From NCBI RefSeq assembly GCF_009914755.1, contig NC_060942.1: a stretch of DNA of 64,000 nucleotides; one strand, 5' to 3'. Below are positions 1-13,985 of the stretch, piece after piece; the stretch's first letter is position 1; each line of letters opens with the position of its first letter. The notes beneath the pieces were generated by a model, which worked only from the letters and a program-made list of their open reading frames with translations, was not told where the DNA came from and did not search any database. Both the position numbers and the translations under genes were made by a program. The DNA comes from the human T2T-CHM13v2.0 reference genome, Homo sapiens.

Positions 1-789
1 TCTGAAGAATCTCAAACCAAACACCAAGCTACTCGGAAGTGGGAAATGGTGTCACTGGCTCCCTAGGAATAGTCCTCAAACTTATGAGGATATTTTAACT
101 CTCCCCACTCACCTCCTATGAGTTTCAAACGAAGGAGGTTAGAAGTTGGAATTCTCTCTTTCTCTCTCTCTCTCTCCTTGAATATTCCCACTTCCAAGTC
201 AACACTAGATGTTCTCCTCCTTTATCTTTCTAGAAGAAACTACCCCTAAGTCACATCCTTCTCCTTCTTTAGGTGGTCTTCAGCCAGAGTTAGAAGGCCA
301 GAAAGGCTTCAGGAAAAGGAACTGGAATGTGGGGAAGGTAATGCACAAGTGATACATTTTGAATCTGTTATACCTAAATTAGAGCATGCTCAGTGAGCTT
401 TGAAAGTCTCAAAAATGCACTCAATAAATAGAACTGTAAGTGTCCCTCTATTTTCATGGCTTGGTGTTTCAAAACTGGGGTGTGGCCATCATCATTAGGG
501 AGGATTCCTCTAGATCTATTGAGAGCAGAGGTCCCTCCCTGGGTCTTGGACATTTAAAGGTTGTAAATTTTTCATTTCCTTGGAAGTTAATCATATTTAC
601 CCTATCAAAGGATACACCTTTACCAAGAGAGAGCCAGTCTTCAGGAAACTGTCCAATGTGATATGGGAATTTAGTCTCCTAGACTTACCTTGCTATTGAT
701 GACTGTACCATAAACTTGGTAAAAATTAATTAGGAGGCTACATATAAAATTTCAGATATTACCATTTCTCATTATTTTTAGTTTAAAAA

Positions 790-1560
790 TATGGAAAATA
801 ATATAACAAGCTAAGGCACCCTAGATTTAAAAGCAATTCACCAACTAGGAGAAGATTGCAACATAAATAAAAAACACAAATAACTTTAAATCAATATGAA
901 AACCACAAACAATATAATAGAAAAACGAGAAAAGGACACTTACATTAGAGGAGGAATTTCAAATAGCCAATAGCATGAAATGACAATTTCACCAATAATT
1001 GGACAATTGCATCCTGTAACAATAATGAGAAACTATTTTTATCTATTTACCTCAGATTAGCAAAACTCGAAAATTTGTCAGTACCAAAGTTGTACAGACC
1101 AGAAATGAAAACACTCGTATACTGTCGGATAATGTGAAAATTACCATCACACTTTAGAAAGTATATGGATGTACAAAAGAAAAGATTGTTAGATATAGAA
1201 TTAATTTTTAAGTTTAAAATGTTGAAAACTAATACAAATCTCTATCAGGAGAGGAGTAGATAATTGTGGTATTGTTATATAATGGAATACAGTAGTCTGC
1301 TAATTTGAATAAATAAGCTCTATAGACATGTTTATATGTTTTTATTACAAATGTATTTTAAAATAACACATAGCTACTCATACTTTTACTGATTATAATT
1401 TTTATAAAAATTACATAAATTATTTACAAAACATTCTCTGGAGTTGGAGAGATTGGACTTTGGAGAGGAACAACGGAGATCTTTCCCTGCACTTTAAAGT
1501 AAAAATAATGAACTATTAATAGCTAACAATATAGTAAACTATTATAATCGAGGTTTATAA
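790..1560 (+). mobile_element. Old L1 (L1ME-like) ORF2 end/3' UTR fragment
   Basis: Degenerate L1 3' motifs (caaatagccaatagcatgaaa...aataatgagaaact...ataatggaatacagtagtc); boundaries approximate. Confidence 0.6.
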
Positions 1561-1599
1561 TAAACTGCTTTGTTAGGTTTCTTTAGTCCCTAAAATTTG

Positions 1600-3050
1600 A
1601 ACTTTCTCCTGCTTTTTAAAACTACTTTTACTTTTGGAAGAATCTAGATCACTGTGATTATTTTCTCATGTTATCATTTAACTATTTTCTCTAGCTCTTG
1701 TATTTTCTCTAGACTGGAAGTTTGGCTTAGAAGTGTGTAAATTGAAGTTAATATTTAGAGAAAAAATATTTTATAGGTAATGGAGTGTGTACACCATATT
1801 GTATCATATCAGGGGACATAACATAATATAATCTAATTATTAGTGATAGTAAATTCACTCACTTTTTGAAAGAGGTAGAAGTCAAGTCTTGCCACTGTGA
1901 AGGTTCATTTTTCTCATTTGTAATTATCAAGTAATGTGTGATGAGATACTTTGACACTACGCACATCTCCTGACGCTATGTACAAATCCAGTCACTTTTC
2001 ATGCAATGGTTTTTGTATGCATTTTTGAGTTTCTCCTGAGTTTGGAGGAATGACAAAATGAATATTTTCTGATTCTATCATTCTTTCTATAAAAATGAGC
2101 TTTTCTTAGTCAATATCCCTGTAGCCATCTTTCTCCTTTTATTTAATCATTTAGAGTATTACAGCTGACTCATGGATTTGTTTAATTCAACCAATTATTG
2201 TCCTGAATGCTCAATCGTTCCCAGATCTAAACAGTGGAACTGCTTCAAGCTGGTTCCATGGCTTTAAAATAATCTCATTTGTCTTTGGACATTCCTTTGC
2301 TAATACATGCAACAACATGTCCCAAGCTCACTCTGTACTTTCCTGCCTTAGATTTGGAATTAGTTTTCTCCAAGGGGCCCTAATTCCTTTTGGTTGAAAA
2401 TTATTATTTAGAAAACAGAATTTGAGCACTATGTATGCTCATTGCCACTGGAGGATCATTGCTTTCAGGCCACTTTAGTGGAAAAAGCTGAGGTGTGTAT
2501 GAGTGTGTGTGTGTGTGTGCATGTGTGTGCACATGTGTATATGCATGTGAGAGAGAAAGCGAGCTCATATTGTTAGTTACATACATATTTGTACCCCTTT
2601 TAATTAAAAATCTTTTATTATAATATCGATTTATTTACTTTATGTTACAATATAATGAACTAGTTTCAACTGTACAATATATATACTCAATAAGGTTTAA
2701 TATTTAGTGCAATATATGCACTAACAATAAATGCACCGAATAAGGTTTAATGTTATTAAACATTAAACATACTAACATACTAAGGATATGCAATCAGATT
2801 ATTTTGCCCGTAATTAGTTGAACTTATTCTGTTCTCTATGATTATATTATCAAGTTGATATATTGTTGAGTTCATACATATGCCTGTATTCAATTTTAGA
2901 GTTTTCATTTTGATTCCTTTTAATTTTAAATGTATTTTGAATATATAAAGCATTAACATTATCCAAAACTGAAAACTACATTGAGAAGAATTGCTCCCAT
3001 TTCCATCCTCTCTACCTTATTCCTACCTATCCCCTAAAAGTAACAATTTT
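1600..3050 (-). mobile_element. Old L1 (L1MC/L1ME-like) 3' region fragments, with a (TG)n tract near 2494-2550
   Basis: Motif ttggaattagttttctccaaggggccctaattccttttgg...atgctcattgccactgg is typical of antisense L1MC/ME 3' UTRs. Confidence 0.55.
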
Positions 3051-3399
3051 AATTAGGAGATCTGAGACACAGGAGTCAAAACTAAAAGGTTTGAAAGGAG
3101 TAATGAATTTGTTTTGATGATCTCCAACTGCTTCTTTCCTCAAGAAATTTCCTAATGGGTGCAGATAGAGACTGAGAACAAGGCTTGGCCACAGAGATCT
3201 AATGCTAGGGCACAGAGAAACCAGCACATACTCTAGTGGTTACACAGGTTTGTAGTGGCAATACTGGAGACACAAGAGAAAGGGGGAAAATGGTAGACTT
3301 AATTAAATTAATCTTCAAACAAACTTCCAACCACATCAACCTAGCAGAAAAAAGGGTGAACCATTGCTGTTGGAAGACAACATCATTTCGATTCTCTCC

Positions 3400-3763
3400 T
3401 GATATTGTTTGGCTGTGTGTCCCCACCCAAATCTAATCTTGAATTGTAGCTGTCATAATTCCCATGTGTCATGAAAGGGACCTGGTGGGAGGTAATTGAA
3501 TTATGGGGGCAGGTCTTTCCCATGCTGTTCTTGTGATAGTAAGTCTCACAGATCTAATGGTTTTATAAAGGGGAATTCCCTTACACAAGCTCTCTCTTTT
3601 CCTGCCACCATGTAAGACGTGACTTTACTCCTCATTTGCCTTCTGCCATGATTGTGAGGCCTCCCCAGCCATGGGAAACTGTAAGCTATTTAAACCTCTT
3701 TCCTTTATAAATTATCCAGTCCGGGGTATGTCTTTATTAGCAGTGTGAGAACAGATGAATACA
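3400..3763 (+). mobile_element. THE1 (MaLR) solo LTR
   Basis: Begins tgatattgtttggctgtgtgtccccacccaaatc, ends gaataca; perfect 5-bp TSD TCTCC at 3395-3399 and 3764-3768. Confidence 0.95.
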
Positions 3764-3769
3764 TCTCCT

Positions 3770-4460
3770 GTTTTTAATATACAATGTCCAACATTCATTC
3801 AATCCAAAGTCACCAGGGATGTGAAAGAGTCATGTCCATATGACCCATAATCAAGAGAAAAAAATAGGAAATGAAATTAGAGCCACAGTATTATTGCAGT
3901 TAACAGGTAAGGACTTTAAAATAACTATGATTAATATGTTCAATAGAATAGAGCAAACATTGGACCAAGTGGATGCAAAGAAGGAGAATTTTAAGAGTCA
4001 ACTGGAATTTACTTTTCTAGGAATCAAATGAATATTCTAAAACTAAAAAGTTACTCGCTGAAAAAAGCATTCAATAGATTGGAGACAAGTAAAGTTAGGA
4101 GTAGGAAACTGGAAGACAGGTGCAATTGAAAATATACAACCTAAACCAAAGAAAAAGAAAATAAAAATAAAACTAAAAGAGTGTCAGACATAAATACAAT
4201 GCAGTTGAAAGATCTAACATGATATAAATATGGTTTAAGAAAGAGAAAATTGGAAGAAGTAATACATTAGGAGATAAAGACCAAACATTTTTCAAATATG
4301 AGGAAAGACATAAATCATAGATTCAATAAGCTCAGCAAACCCAAGATGAAATCTATAAAACAAAATATATAAAAATAAACCACATCAGAGTAAGATAGCC
4401 AAAACCCAAAGATGTAGAGAAAATTTAAAAATAGCTACAGGAAAGATATATTTTTCTGGG
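3770..4460 (+). mobile_element. Old L1M ORF1 remnant
   Basis: ORF 3840-4031 MTHNQEKK...GKDFKITMINMF resembles the N-terminus of ancient L1 ORF1; downstream aagctcagcaaacccaag motif. Confidence 0.75.
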
Positions 4461-4554
4461 TACTCACCCTCATCCCTAGAGGTAGCAGCTGCTCCTACTT
4501 TGCTGTTTTGAAAGTCCTTAGAATTGTCTCTTGCGTCATTAGTGGTTAGGTTAG

Positions 4555-5065
4555 CTAATAAATTTGTTTCTTGTTGTTGCTGTAAGAAACTACCACAAAT
4601 TTAGTGGCTTAAAAGTAACACAAATCTACTACTTTATAGTTCTGTAGGACAGAAATCCAAAATGCATTTCACTGGGCTAAAATCAATGTGTTAGCAGGCC
4701 TACATTCCATTTGGAGAATCAAGAGGAGAGCATTCCTTTGCCTTTTCCAGCTTTTAAAGGTTGCCTGCACTCCATGGCTCATGACCTCATCTTCCATCTT
4801 CAAAGCCAGAACCATAGCATCTTCAAATGTCTGACTATGACCCTGATTTTTTTATTGCATCTCCTTCTCTGACACTGACTCTCCTGCCTCCATCTTCTCC
4901 TTATAATGACTCTTGTGATTATACTGAGCCCATCTAGATAATCAAGATAATTTTCTCAAGATCTTTAACTTAATCATCTCTGCAACATCCTTATTGTCAT
5001 AGAGAGTAACACATTAACAGGTTCCAGATATGAATATTTTTGTGGGGGGTGTCTATAAGCCTTCC
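4555..5065 (-). mobile_element. MLT1 (MLT1C-like) MaLR LTR
   Basis: Antisense MLT1 motifs: gctgtaagaaactaccacaaatttagtggcttaa, ccttttccagctttta, ttccatcttcaaagccag, gatctttaacttaatc. Confidence 0.85.
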
Positions 5066-5149
5066 CCAGCTATCTTTTACTAGTTAATAATTTTTATATT
5101 AAATTCTTCTTGTTAAAATTATTTATGTGGTTTCTGACTTGTCCCTGAT

Positions 5150-6634
5150 ACATAGAGAAAACGAAGGATAAGATTGTAGATACTAACCTAAACATGTAAG
5201 TAACTAAATGCAAACTGACTAAATACTCCAAGTAAAGTACTAAGATTCTTAGACAAGTTAGCAACAACAAATAAACAAATAACAAATAAAGGTATATGCT
5301 GCTTATAAGAGGTACAAGATTTATATAAAGATAAAAAAGTTGAAATTAAAAGAATATAAAACAATAAATGTCAAAAATGTTCTACTTTAAAAAGTTGGCA
5401 CAGAAATACTTTAAAAAAATAAAAAGCAAAATATATTGCTAGAAATTTCGTAATGATACAGGGGTCATTCCACTGATTAATAATAAAAGTCACATTTTTT
5501 TAAAAAAGCACAATGAAACATTTAACAAAGAATACCATGTAAAATAAGCCTTGATAAATTTCAAAACATTAAAATAATTTCCTTACCATAGTGGGATTAA
5601 ACTAGAAATAAATAATAAAAACTACTAAGTGTTTAGAATTAAACAATACATTTATAACTAAATCCACAGATGTAAGGCAAAGTAGAAATTATAAAATATT
5701 TCACACTGAATGCTAATGAAGGTATTGCATACTAAAACTTGTAGGGTGCAGCTCATAATATGCTGATTAGAGAGAGGCTAACCTTAAATAAGTATATCAG
5801 AAAAGAAGAAACATTAAAAATTAGTGACCAAATCTTCCACCTCAAAACACTAGAAAAGAAAGAGCAAATCAAAACTGAAGAAGTAGAATCAAGGAAATAG
5901 TAAAAAATAGGACCAGAAATCAATAAAATAGAAAATAGATATAAAATAGAAACAAATAATTGATTCTTAAAGATATTTACAAAATTGATAAATTCCCACA
6001 AAATTAATGAAGGAAAAAGTATAGAAACCACAAATTACCAATAACAAAATAGAAACAAAGACACTACTACAGATCTTAGAGACATTTAGCAGATTATAAG
6101 AGGACATTATGAATAAATACATGCCAATAAACATGCTAATTTGAATGAAATGAATAGTTTAATAAAACACATTATACCAAAATTTATGAAAGAAGAAATA
6201 AATGATATTTAAAGTGCAATACCAATTAAATAAGTTGAACATTATTTAAAAATCTTCTTACACCCACAAAAGTCTATACATAGTGGGCTTTAAAAGTGAA
6301 TTTTTCAAAATATGTAGGAAATAATGAGATATGCAAAATCTTCCAGAGAGTAGAAAAAGAACAAACACTTTCCAACACTTTCTTTAAAAACAGCAGGTTC
6401 TTCTGAAATCTACTAATTTAGATGCAAAATAATAAAGAATTATTTAGCAAATAGAATGCAGTGGTATGTAAGAAGAAAATACATTACTACCAAATGGGTT
6501 TATTCCAGGAATTCAAGGATGATTTAACACTCAAGATAAATGTAATTATGAATTAACTTATGTGATTAATTCAGTAGGTACTAGAAAAGTATTTAATAAT
6601 ATTAACATCCTTTTTGATTGAAAAAACAGTCTCA
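5150..6634 (+). mobile_element. Old L1M ORF2 remnant (left part of the host L1)
   Basis: A-rich degenerate ORF2 (gggtttattccaggaattcaaggatgatttaac); interrupted at ...aaaacagtctcag and resumes at 12932. Confidence 0.8.
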
Positions 6635-9600
6635 GAGGGAGACAAGATGGCTGACTAGATGCAGCCAGGAAGAACATCTCCCACTGAGAGAGCAGACCAT
6701 AAAGGCCAGAACGCTCCAGGCAGATCTTCAGAAGGAAGTCTTGAGAGGGGATGCAAGGAGGAAACAGACTCTAGGCTAAAGAGACAGGAAGCTGGGAACC
6801 CTGTATGGGGCTGCCAAGCACCAGGACTCATTCCTGGCCCCAGCAGGTCCTGGGTAAAAAGTGAGTTAATAGGCAAGGAGGAGCCACCTCTCACCATGGA
6901 CTTTTGGAATCCTAGCTGCAGAAGACCTCACGACCCCCACAGTCATTTCAGCTTGCAGAGAGAGCTGCTTGGACAGCTAGCATGAACAGGACTCCCCTCT
7001 TTGCAGAGCACAGAGGGTTTGGTAGTTGCAGTAGAGCATGGCCAGAAATGCCCATCCCCCAAGGCTTACCATGCTCCTCCAGATGGCTTTGGCTTCTGTT
7101 GACAGTTGGGTCTGGACAGAGTAGGGGTGTCTTACCTGTGGGATAAAGCCAGTCTAATCTGAGTGCTCCCCTGTCTGCCCACCTTTCCTGGGGTCCCTTC
7201 CTGGTGGCACCTGCTCATAGTGCAGCCTCAAATGCCCAATGCGGGTGCTTCCCGGTGGCCACTACCATACCTCTTCTGCTGGCAGACCCTGTCTAACCAT
7301 CAAGGAGCTTCAGCAGATGGGCCCTCACCAATGTACACACATTCACAGTCTCCCCCACTCCTTCGATGGCACACACTTGCCCATAGCCTTTTCCCACCAC
7401 TTTGATGGCATGTGTGCACACGTGGACCTCACCAACCCAATGAAGTGCTTTTGCTGGCACCCCCATCAGGGTGTTGTTGCAGGCACACTGGAAATACCTT
7501 GGCTCCTCCAGTGCAGCAAGTGCTTAACCTAGAGGGGCCAGAGAACAAAGCTGTAAGCCTGGTTCCAGCTCCTCAGAGTTAGAGCATGCAGGCCAGGAGT
7601 GCTGAGTTGAGCCCAGATCTTCTGAAATCATCCAGAAATAAAGCCTGTTGACTGAACCCAACTTATACTGCAATCAAACCCTCAAGGGCCTCAAAGAGTA
7701 TAATAGTAAAAATCCCCATCCAAAGGACACCAACATCAAAGACTAAAGAAACAGCCCACAAAGATGAGAAAGAACTAATGCAAAAATTTTGGCAACTCAA
7801 AAAGCCAGAGCAACTTCTTACCTCCAAACTTGCTCCCCAGCAATCATTCTTAACCAGGCTGAAATGGCTGAAATGATGGACTTAGAATTCAGAACCTAGA
7901 TGGCAACGATGGTCATTGAAATTCAGAAGAAAGTTGAAACCCAATCCAAGGAATTCAGTAAAATGATACAAGAGCCATTTTAAGAAAGAATCGAGTTGGT
8001 CTGATAGAGCTTTAAAACTCACTACAAGAATTTCATAATACAAACAGAAGTATTAACAGCAGAATAGATGAGGCTGAGGAAAAAATCTCAGAGCCCAAAG
8101 ACTAGTTATTCAAATCAACTCAGACAAAAATTGAGAAGAAAGAATCAAAAAAATGAATAAAACATCCAAAAAACTTGGGATTATGTAAAAAGACAAAAAC
8201 CTATGACTCTTTGGCATCCCTGAAAGACAAGAAGAGAAAGCAAGCAATTTGGAAAACATATTTGAGGATACTATCCATGAAATTTCTCCAAACTCACTAG
8301 TGAGGTCAACATTCAAATTCAGGAAATTCAAATAACGCTTTTGAGATACTATATCAGACGACCATCCCAAGACACATAGTCATCAGATTCTCCAAGATCA
8401 ATATGAACGAAAAAACATTAAAGGCAGCTAGAGAAAAGGGGTAGGTCATCTAACAAAAGAACCCCATCAGACTAACTGCGGACCTTTCAGCAGAAACTCA
8501 ACAAGCCAGAAGACATTGAGAGTTTATGTTCTGTTCAGCATCTTTAAAGCAAAGAAATTCCAACTAGGAATTTCATACTCATCCAAACTAAGCTTCATAA
8601 ACAAAGGAAAAATAAAGTCCTGTTCAGACAAGCAAATGCTAAGGTAATTCACGACCAAAAGACATGCCTTACAAGAGGGCCTTAAGGGGCTGCTAAATGT
8701 GGAAATGAAAGGCCATTACCAGCCATCACAAAAACACACTAAAGTACATAGACCATTGACAGAAGAAAGCAACTACACAATCAAGTCCACATAACAACCA
8801 GCTAACAACACAATAACAGGATCAAGTCCACACATATCAATAATAACCCTGAACATAAACAGGCTAAATGTCCCATTTAAATGGCACAGGGTACAGTGGT
8901 AAGTTGGAAAAAGAAGTAAGACCCAACTACATGCTATCTTCAAGAGACCCATCTCACATGCAGTGATACTCATAGGTACAGATTAAAGGGATGGAGAAAA
9001 TTCTACCCAGCAAATTAAAAACAGGAAAGAACAGGGGTTGCTACTTTAATTTCAGACAAAGTAGACTTTAAACCAATGAAAAAAGGACATTGTATAATGT
9101 AAAGGGATCAATCCAACAAGAAGACTTTACTATCCTAAAAATATATGCATCCAAAATCAGAGAACCCAGATTCATAACACAAGTTCTTAGAGATGTATGG
9201 AGAGACTCAGATAACCACAAAATAATAGAGAGAGATTTCCAACACCCCACTGACAGCATTAGACAGATAATTGTGGCAGAAAACTAACAAGGATATTTGG
9301 GACCTAAACATGACACTTGACCCAGTGGACCTAACAAACATCTACAGAGGAATTCACCCAACAATAGCAGAATATACGTTGTTCTAATCTGAACATGGCA
9401 CATACTCTAAAATTGACCAAATGCTCAGCCATAAAGCAATTCTTAACAAACAAAACAAAACAAAACAAAAACAAAATCACACCACCCATACTCTTGGACC
9501 ACAGCACAATAAAAATAGAAATCAATGCTAAGAAGATTTCTCAAAACCATACCATTACATGAAAATTAAACAAACTGCTAATAAATTAGTTTTGGCTAAA

Positions 9601-12529
9601 CAATAGAAGTAAGGCAGAAATCAGGAAATTCTTTGAAACTAATGAAAATAAAGATATAAAATACCAGAATCTCTGGGACACAGCTAAAGCAGTGTTAAGA
9701 GGAAAGTTTATAGCACTAATGTCCACATCAAAACGTTAAAAGGATCCCATGTCAATATCCTAACATCACAGCTAGAGGAACCAGAGCAAACCAACCCCAA
9801 AGCTAATAAAAGAAAAGAAATAACCAAAATTAGAGCAGAACTGAATGAAATTTAGATGTAAAAAACCACACAGAAGATCAATGAAACAAAATATTAGTTC
9901 TTTGAAAGAATAAATAAGATTGATAGACTGCTAGCTAGACTAATGAAAAATAAGATTGTATCCAAATAAACACAATCAGAAATGACAAAGGGGACATTAC
10001 CACTGACACCATATAAATACAAAAAACCTTCAGAGATTATTATGAACACCTCTATACACACAACATAGAAAACCTAGAAGAAATGGATAAATTTCTAGAA
10101 ACACAACCTTCCAAGATTGAGCCAGGAAGAAATTGAAACCCTGAATAGACTGATAATCAGTTTCAAAATTGAATCAGTAATAAAAAGACTACCGACCAGA
10201 AAAACCCTAGACCAGAGGGATTCACAGCTGAATTCTACCAGACATATAAAGAAGAGCTGATAACAAACCTGAACCACACTAAAACTATTCCAAAAAATTG
10301 AGGAGAAGGGACTCCTCTTTAGCACATTCTATGAGGCCAGAATCATTCTGATACCCAAACCTGGCAGTGACACAGTGAAAAAAAATCTTTAGACCAATAT
10401 CCTTGATGAACATAGATGCAAAAATCCTCAACAAAATGGAAGAAAACAAAATCCAGCAGCACATCAAAAAGTTAATTCACCATGATCATTTGGGCTTTAT
10501 TCTTGGGATGCAAGGTTGATTCAACATACACATATCAATAAATGTGATTCATCACAAAAACAGAACTAAAAACAAAAACCACATGATCATTTCAATAGAT
10601 GCAGAAAAAGCTTTTGATAAAACTCAACATCCCTTTATGTTAAAAACTCTCAACAAAATAGTTATCAAAGGAACATACCTTAGAATAATAAGAGCCATCT
10701 GTGTCAAACCCACAGCCAATATCATACTGAATGGGCAAAAGCATTCCCCTTGAGAACTGGAACAAGACAAGGATGCCCACTTTCACCACACTTATTCAAC
10801 ATAGCGCTGGAATTTCTAGTCAGAGCAACCAGGCAAGAGAAAGAAATAAAAAGCATTCAACCAGGCAAGAGAAAGAAATAAAAAGCATTCAACCAGGAAG
10901 AGAGGAAGTCAAACTATCTCTCTCTTTGCAGATGATATAATTTTATACCTAGAAAATCTCACAGTGTCTGTCCAAAGGTTCCTAGACTTGATAAACAACT
11001 TCAGCAAAGTTTCAGATACAAAATCAAAGTAAAAAAATCAGTAGCATATCTGTATACTCACAACATCCAAAATGAGCATCAAATCAAGAACACAATCCCA
11101 GTCTCAATAACCACAGAAAAAAATAAAATACCTAGGTATACAGCTAATCAGGGATGTGAAAGTTCTTTGCAATGTGAATTACAAAATACTCTTGAAAGAA
11201 ATCAGAGACAACACAAACAAATGGAAAGACATTTCATGCTCATGGATAGGAAGAATCAATATTGTTAAATGAAATGGTCCTACTACCCAAAGCAATTTAC
11301 AGATTTAATGCCATTCGTATCAAACTACCAATGACATTCTTTACAGAATTAGAAAAAAAAACTATTGTACAATTCATATGGAACCAAAAAAGAGCCCAAA
11401 TAGCCAAAGCACTCCAAAGCAAAATGAACAGAGTCAGAGACATCACATTACCCAATTTCACACGATACTACAAGGCTACAGTAACGAAAACTGCATTGTC
11501 CTAGCACAAAAACAGACACATACAGCAAATGAACTGAATAGAGAATTTGGAAATAAAGATGTATATCTACAACCATTTGATCTTCAACAAAGGCAACAAT
11601 AACAAGCAATAAAAACTTCCTATTTAATAAATGGTTCTGGCAGAACTGGCTAGCCATGTGCAGAAGAATTAAACTGGACCCCTTCCTACTATCATATACA
11701 AAATCACCTCAAGATTGATTAAAGACTTAGATGTAAAACCTAAAACTACAAAATCTCTAGAAGAAAACCTAGGAAATATCATTTCTGTTATTTCCAGAAT
11801 GGTATAAATACCATTCTGGATATAGGCCTTGCCAAATATTTCATGATGAAGACTCCAGAAGCAACTGTGACAAAACTAAAATTGACGAATGGGACCTAAT
11901 TAAACTAAAGATCTTCTGCACAGCAAAAGAAACTATCAATAGAGTAAACAGACAATCTACACAATGGGAGAAAATATTTGCAAGTTATGCTTCCAACAAA
12001 GGTTCTAATATCCTGAATTGATAAAGAACATAAACAAATTAACAAGCAAAAAACAAACAACCCTATTTAAAATAGACAAGGACATGAAGAGACACTTCTC
12101 AAAAGAAGAAATACAGATGGTCAATAGGCATACGAAAAAAATGCTCAACATCACTAATAATTACAGAAATGCAAATCAAAACCACAGTGAGATACCATTT
12201 CATACTGGTCAGAATGGCTATTACTAAAAAGTCAGAAAAACTACAGATGCTGGTGAGGCTGCAGAGAAAAAAGGAATGCTGAAACACTGTTGGTGGGAAT
12301 GTAAACAGTTCAGCCACTGTGGAAAGCAGTTTGGAGATTTCTCAAAAAATCTAAAACAGAACTACCATTCAACCCAGCTATCCTGTTACTGGGTATATAC
12401 CAAAAGGAATATAAATCATTCTACCATAAAGACACATGAATGTGTATGTTCATCACAACACTATTCACAATAGCAAAACATGGAATCTACCTAGATGCCC
12501 TTCAATGGTGGACTGGATAAAGAATATGT

Positions 12530-12579
<50 letters not shown>

Positions 12580-12931
12580 GGAATACTATGCAGCCATAAA
12601 AAAGAATGAAATCATGTTCTTTGCAGCAACATGGATGAAGCTGGAGACCCTTATCCTAAGGGAAATAATGCAGGAACAGAAAACCAAATACTGCATGTTC
12701 TCACTTACAAGTGGCAGCTAAACTCTGAATACAAATGAATGCAAAGAACACCAGAGACTACTAGAGGTTGTAGTGTGGGATGAGAGTGAGTATTGAAAAA
12801 CTACCTGTCGGGTATTATGCTCATTACCTGGGTGACAAAATAATGGCAAGCCCCTGTGACACACTATTCACCCATATAACGAATTTGCATGTCTACCCTG
12901 TGAATATAAAATAAAAATTGGAAAGAAAAAA
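6635..12931 (+). mobile_element. Full-length (~6.3 kb) inactive LINE-1, L1PA15/16-like
   Basis: 5' UTR start ggagacaagatggctgactagatgcagcc; ORF1 remnant ~7760-8790; ORF2 fragments ([42 protein letters not shown]); 3' UTR gaaaaactacctgtcgggtattatgctcattacctgggtgac; A-rich end; many stops and frameshifts. Confidence 0.93.
12530..12577. repeat. (CA)n microsatellite within L1
   Basis: Uninterrupted AC run of about 24 units. Confidence 0.95.
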
Positions 12932-13800
12932 GCAAATTAGGAATAGAAGAGAACTTCCTAAACTGAAAAACAGTATTTAGTAATATCCTACATAAAAATT
13001 ATCATAATGGCAAAACATTAAGTGCTTTTTCCCTGAGATTCACAATGAGACAAGAATTTCTGCTATTTCCACTTTTTTTTTTTCTGCAACATCATACTAG
13101 TCACAAAATTCTGCAATGAGGAAAAAATGAAAACAAAATTCATGAGGTTTGGATAGGAAGAAGTAAAACTCTCAGGGTTTGCCGAAAAGATAATTGTGTG
13201 CATTTAAAATTCAAAATAATCTGTAGACAATTTAAAATTAATAAATGATTTAGCAATATCACTGGACATAAGGTCATTATAGAAAAATTATTTAAATTTA
13301 TATCTCAACTGATATGGTTTGGATCTCTGTCCCCACTGAGGCTGGAGGTGGGCCTGGTGGGAGGTGATTGGATCATGGGGGTAGAGTTCTCATGAATGGT
13401 TTACTGCCAGCCCCTCGGTGCTAGTCTTATGGAAGTGAGTGAATTATCGTGAGATCTGGTTGTTTTAAAAGTGTGTAGCATCTCTCCCACCTCCTATCTT
13501 GGTCCTGCTCCTGCCGTGTAAGACGTCTGCTCCCACTTTACCTTGTGTTATGAGTGAAAGCTCCCTAAGGCCACCCCAGAAGCAGATGCTGCCACGTGCT
13601 CTGTACAGGCTGCAGAACCATGAGCCAATTAAACCTCTTTTCTTTGTAAATTACCCAGTCTCAAGTATTTCTTTATAGCAGTGTGAGAATGACTAATACA
13701 CCAACAAAAATTAGAAAATAATTACTTTGAGACTACTATTTACAACATGAAAAAAGATGAAATACCATGGGAAATATAACAAAAGGCCTTCATTGACAAA
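12932..13800 (+). mobile_element. Old L1M ORF2 remnant (right part of the host L1, interrupted by an MST LTR)
   Basis: gcaaattaggaatagaagagaacttcc directly continues the ORF2 sequence broken at 6634. Confidence 0.8.
13310..13700 (+). mobile_element. MSTA-like MaLR solo LTR
   Basis: tgatatggtttggatctctgtcccc...gactaataca; TSD tcaac/ccaac; short deletion near the 5' end. Confidence 0.92.
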
Positions 13801-13985
13801 ATATTTTTGTCTTCTTTCACTCATTTCTTTATTGAGTTTAATCAGGTCTTGTTTCAAATCCTTTCTGTTACTCAATTTCTGAGATGGTTAATTTCAGATT
13901 CATGTATTCTCTCATGTGAAATTTATTTTTTAATGATATTTAATTAAACGTGAAGGGCTGTGTAATGATATTCCTCTGCTACATG

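Noticed and set aside
6635-12931. Retrotransposition-competent L1
   Set aside because: ORF1 and ORF2 are broken into short frames by stops, frameshifts and insertions
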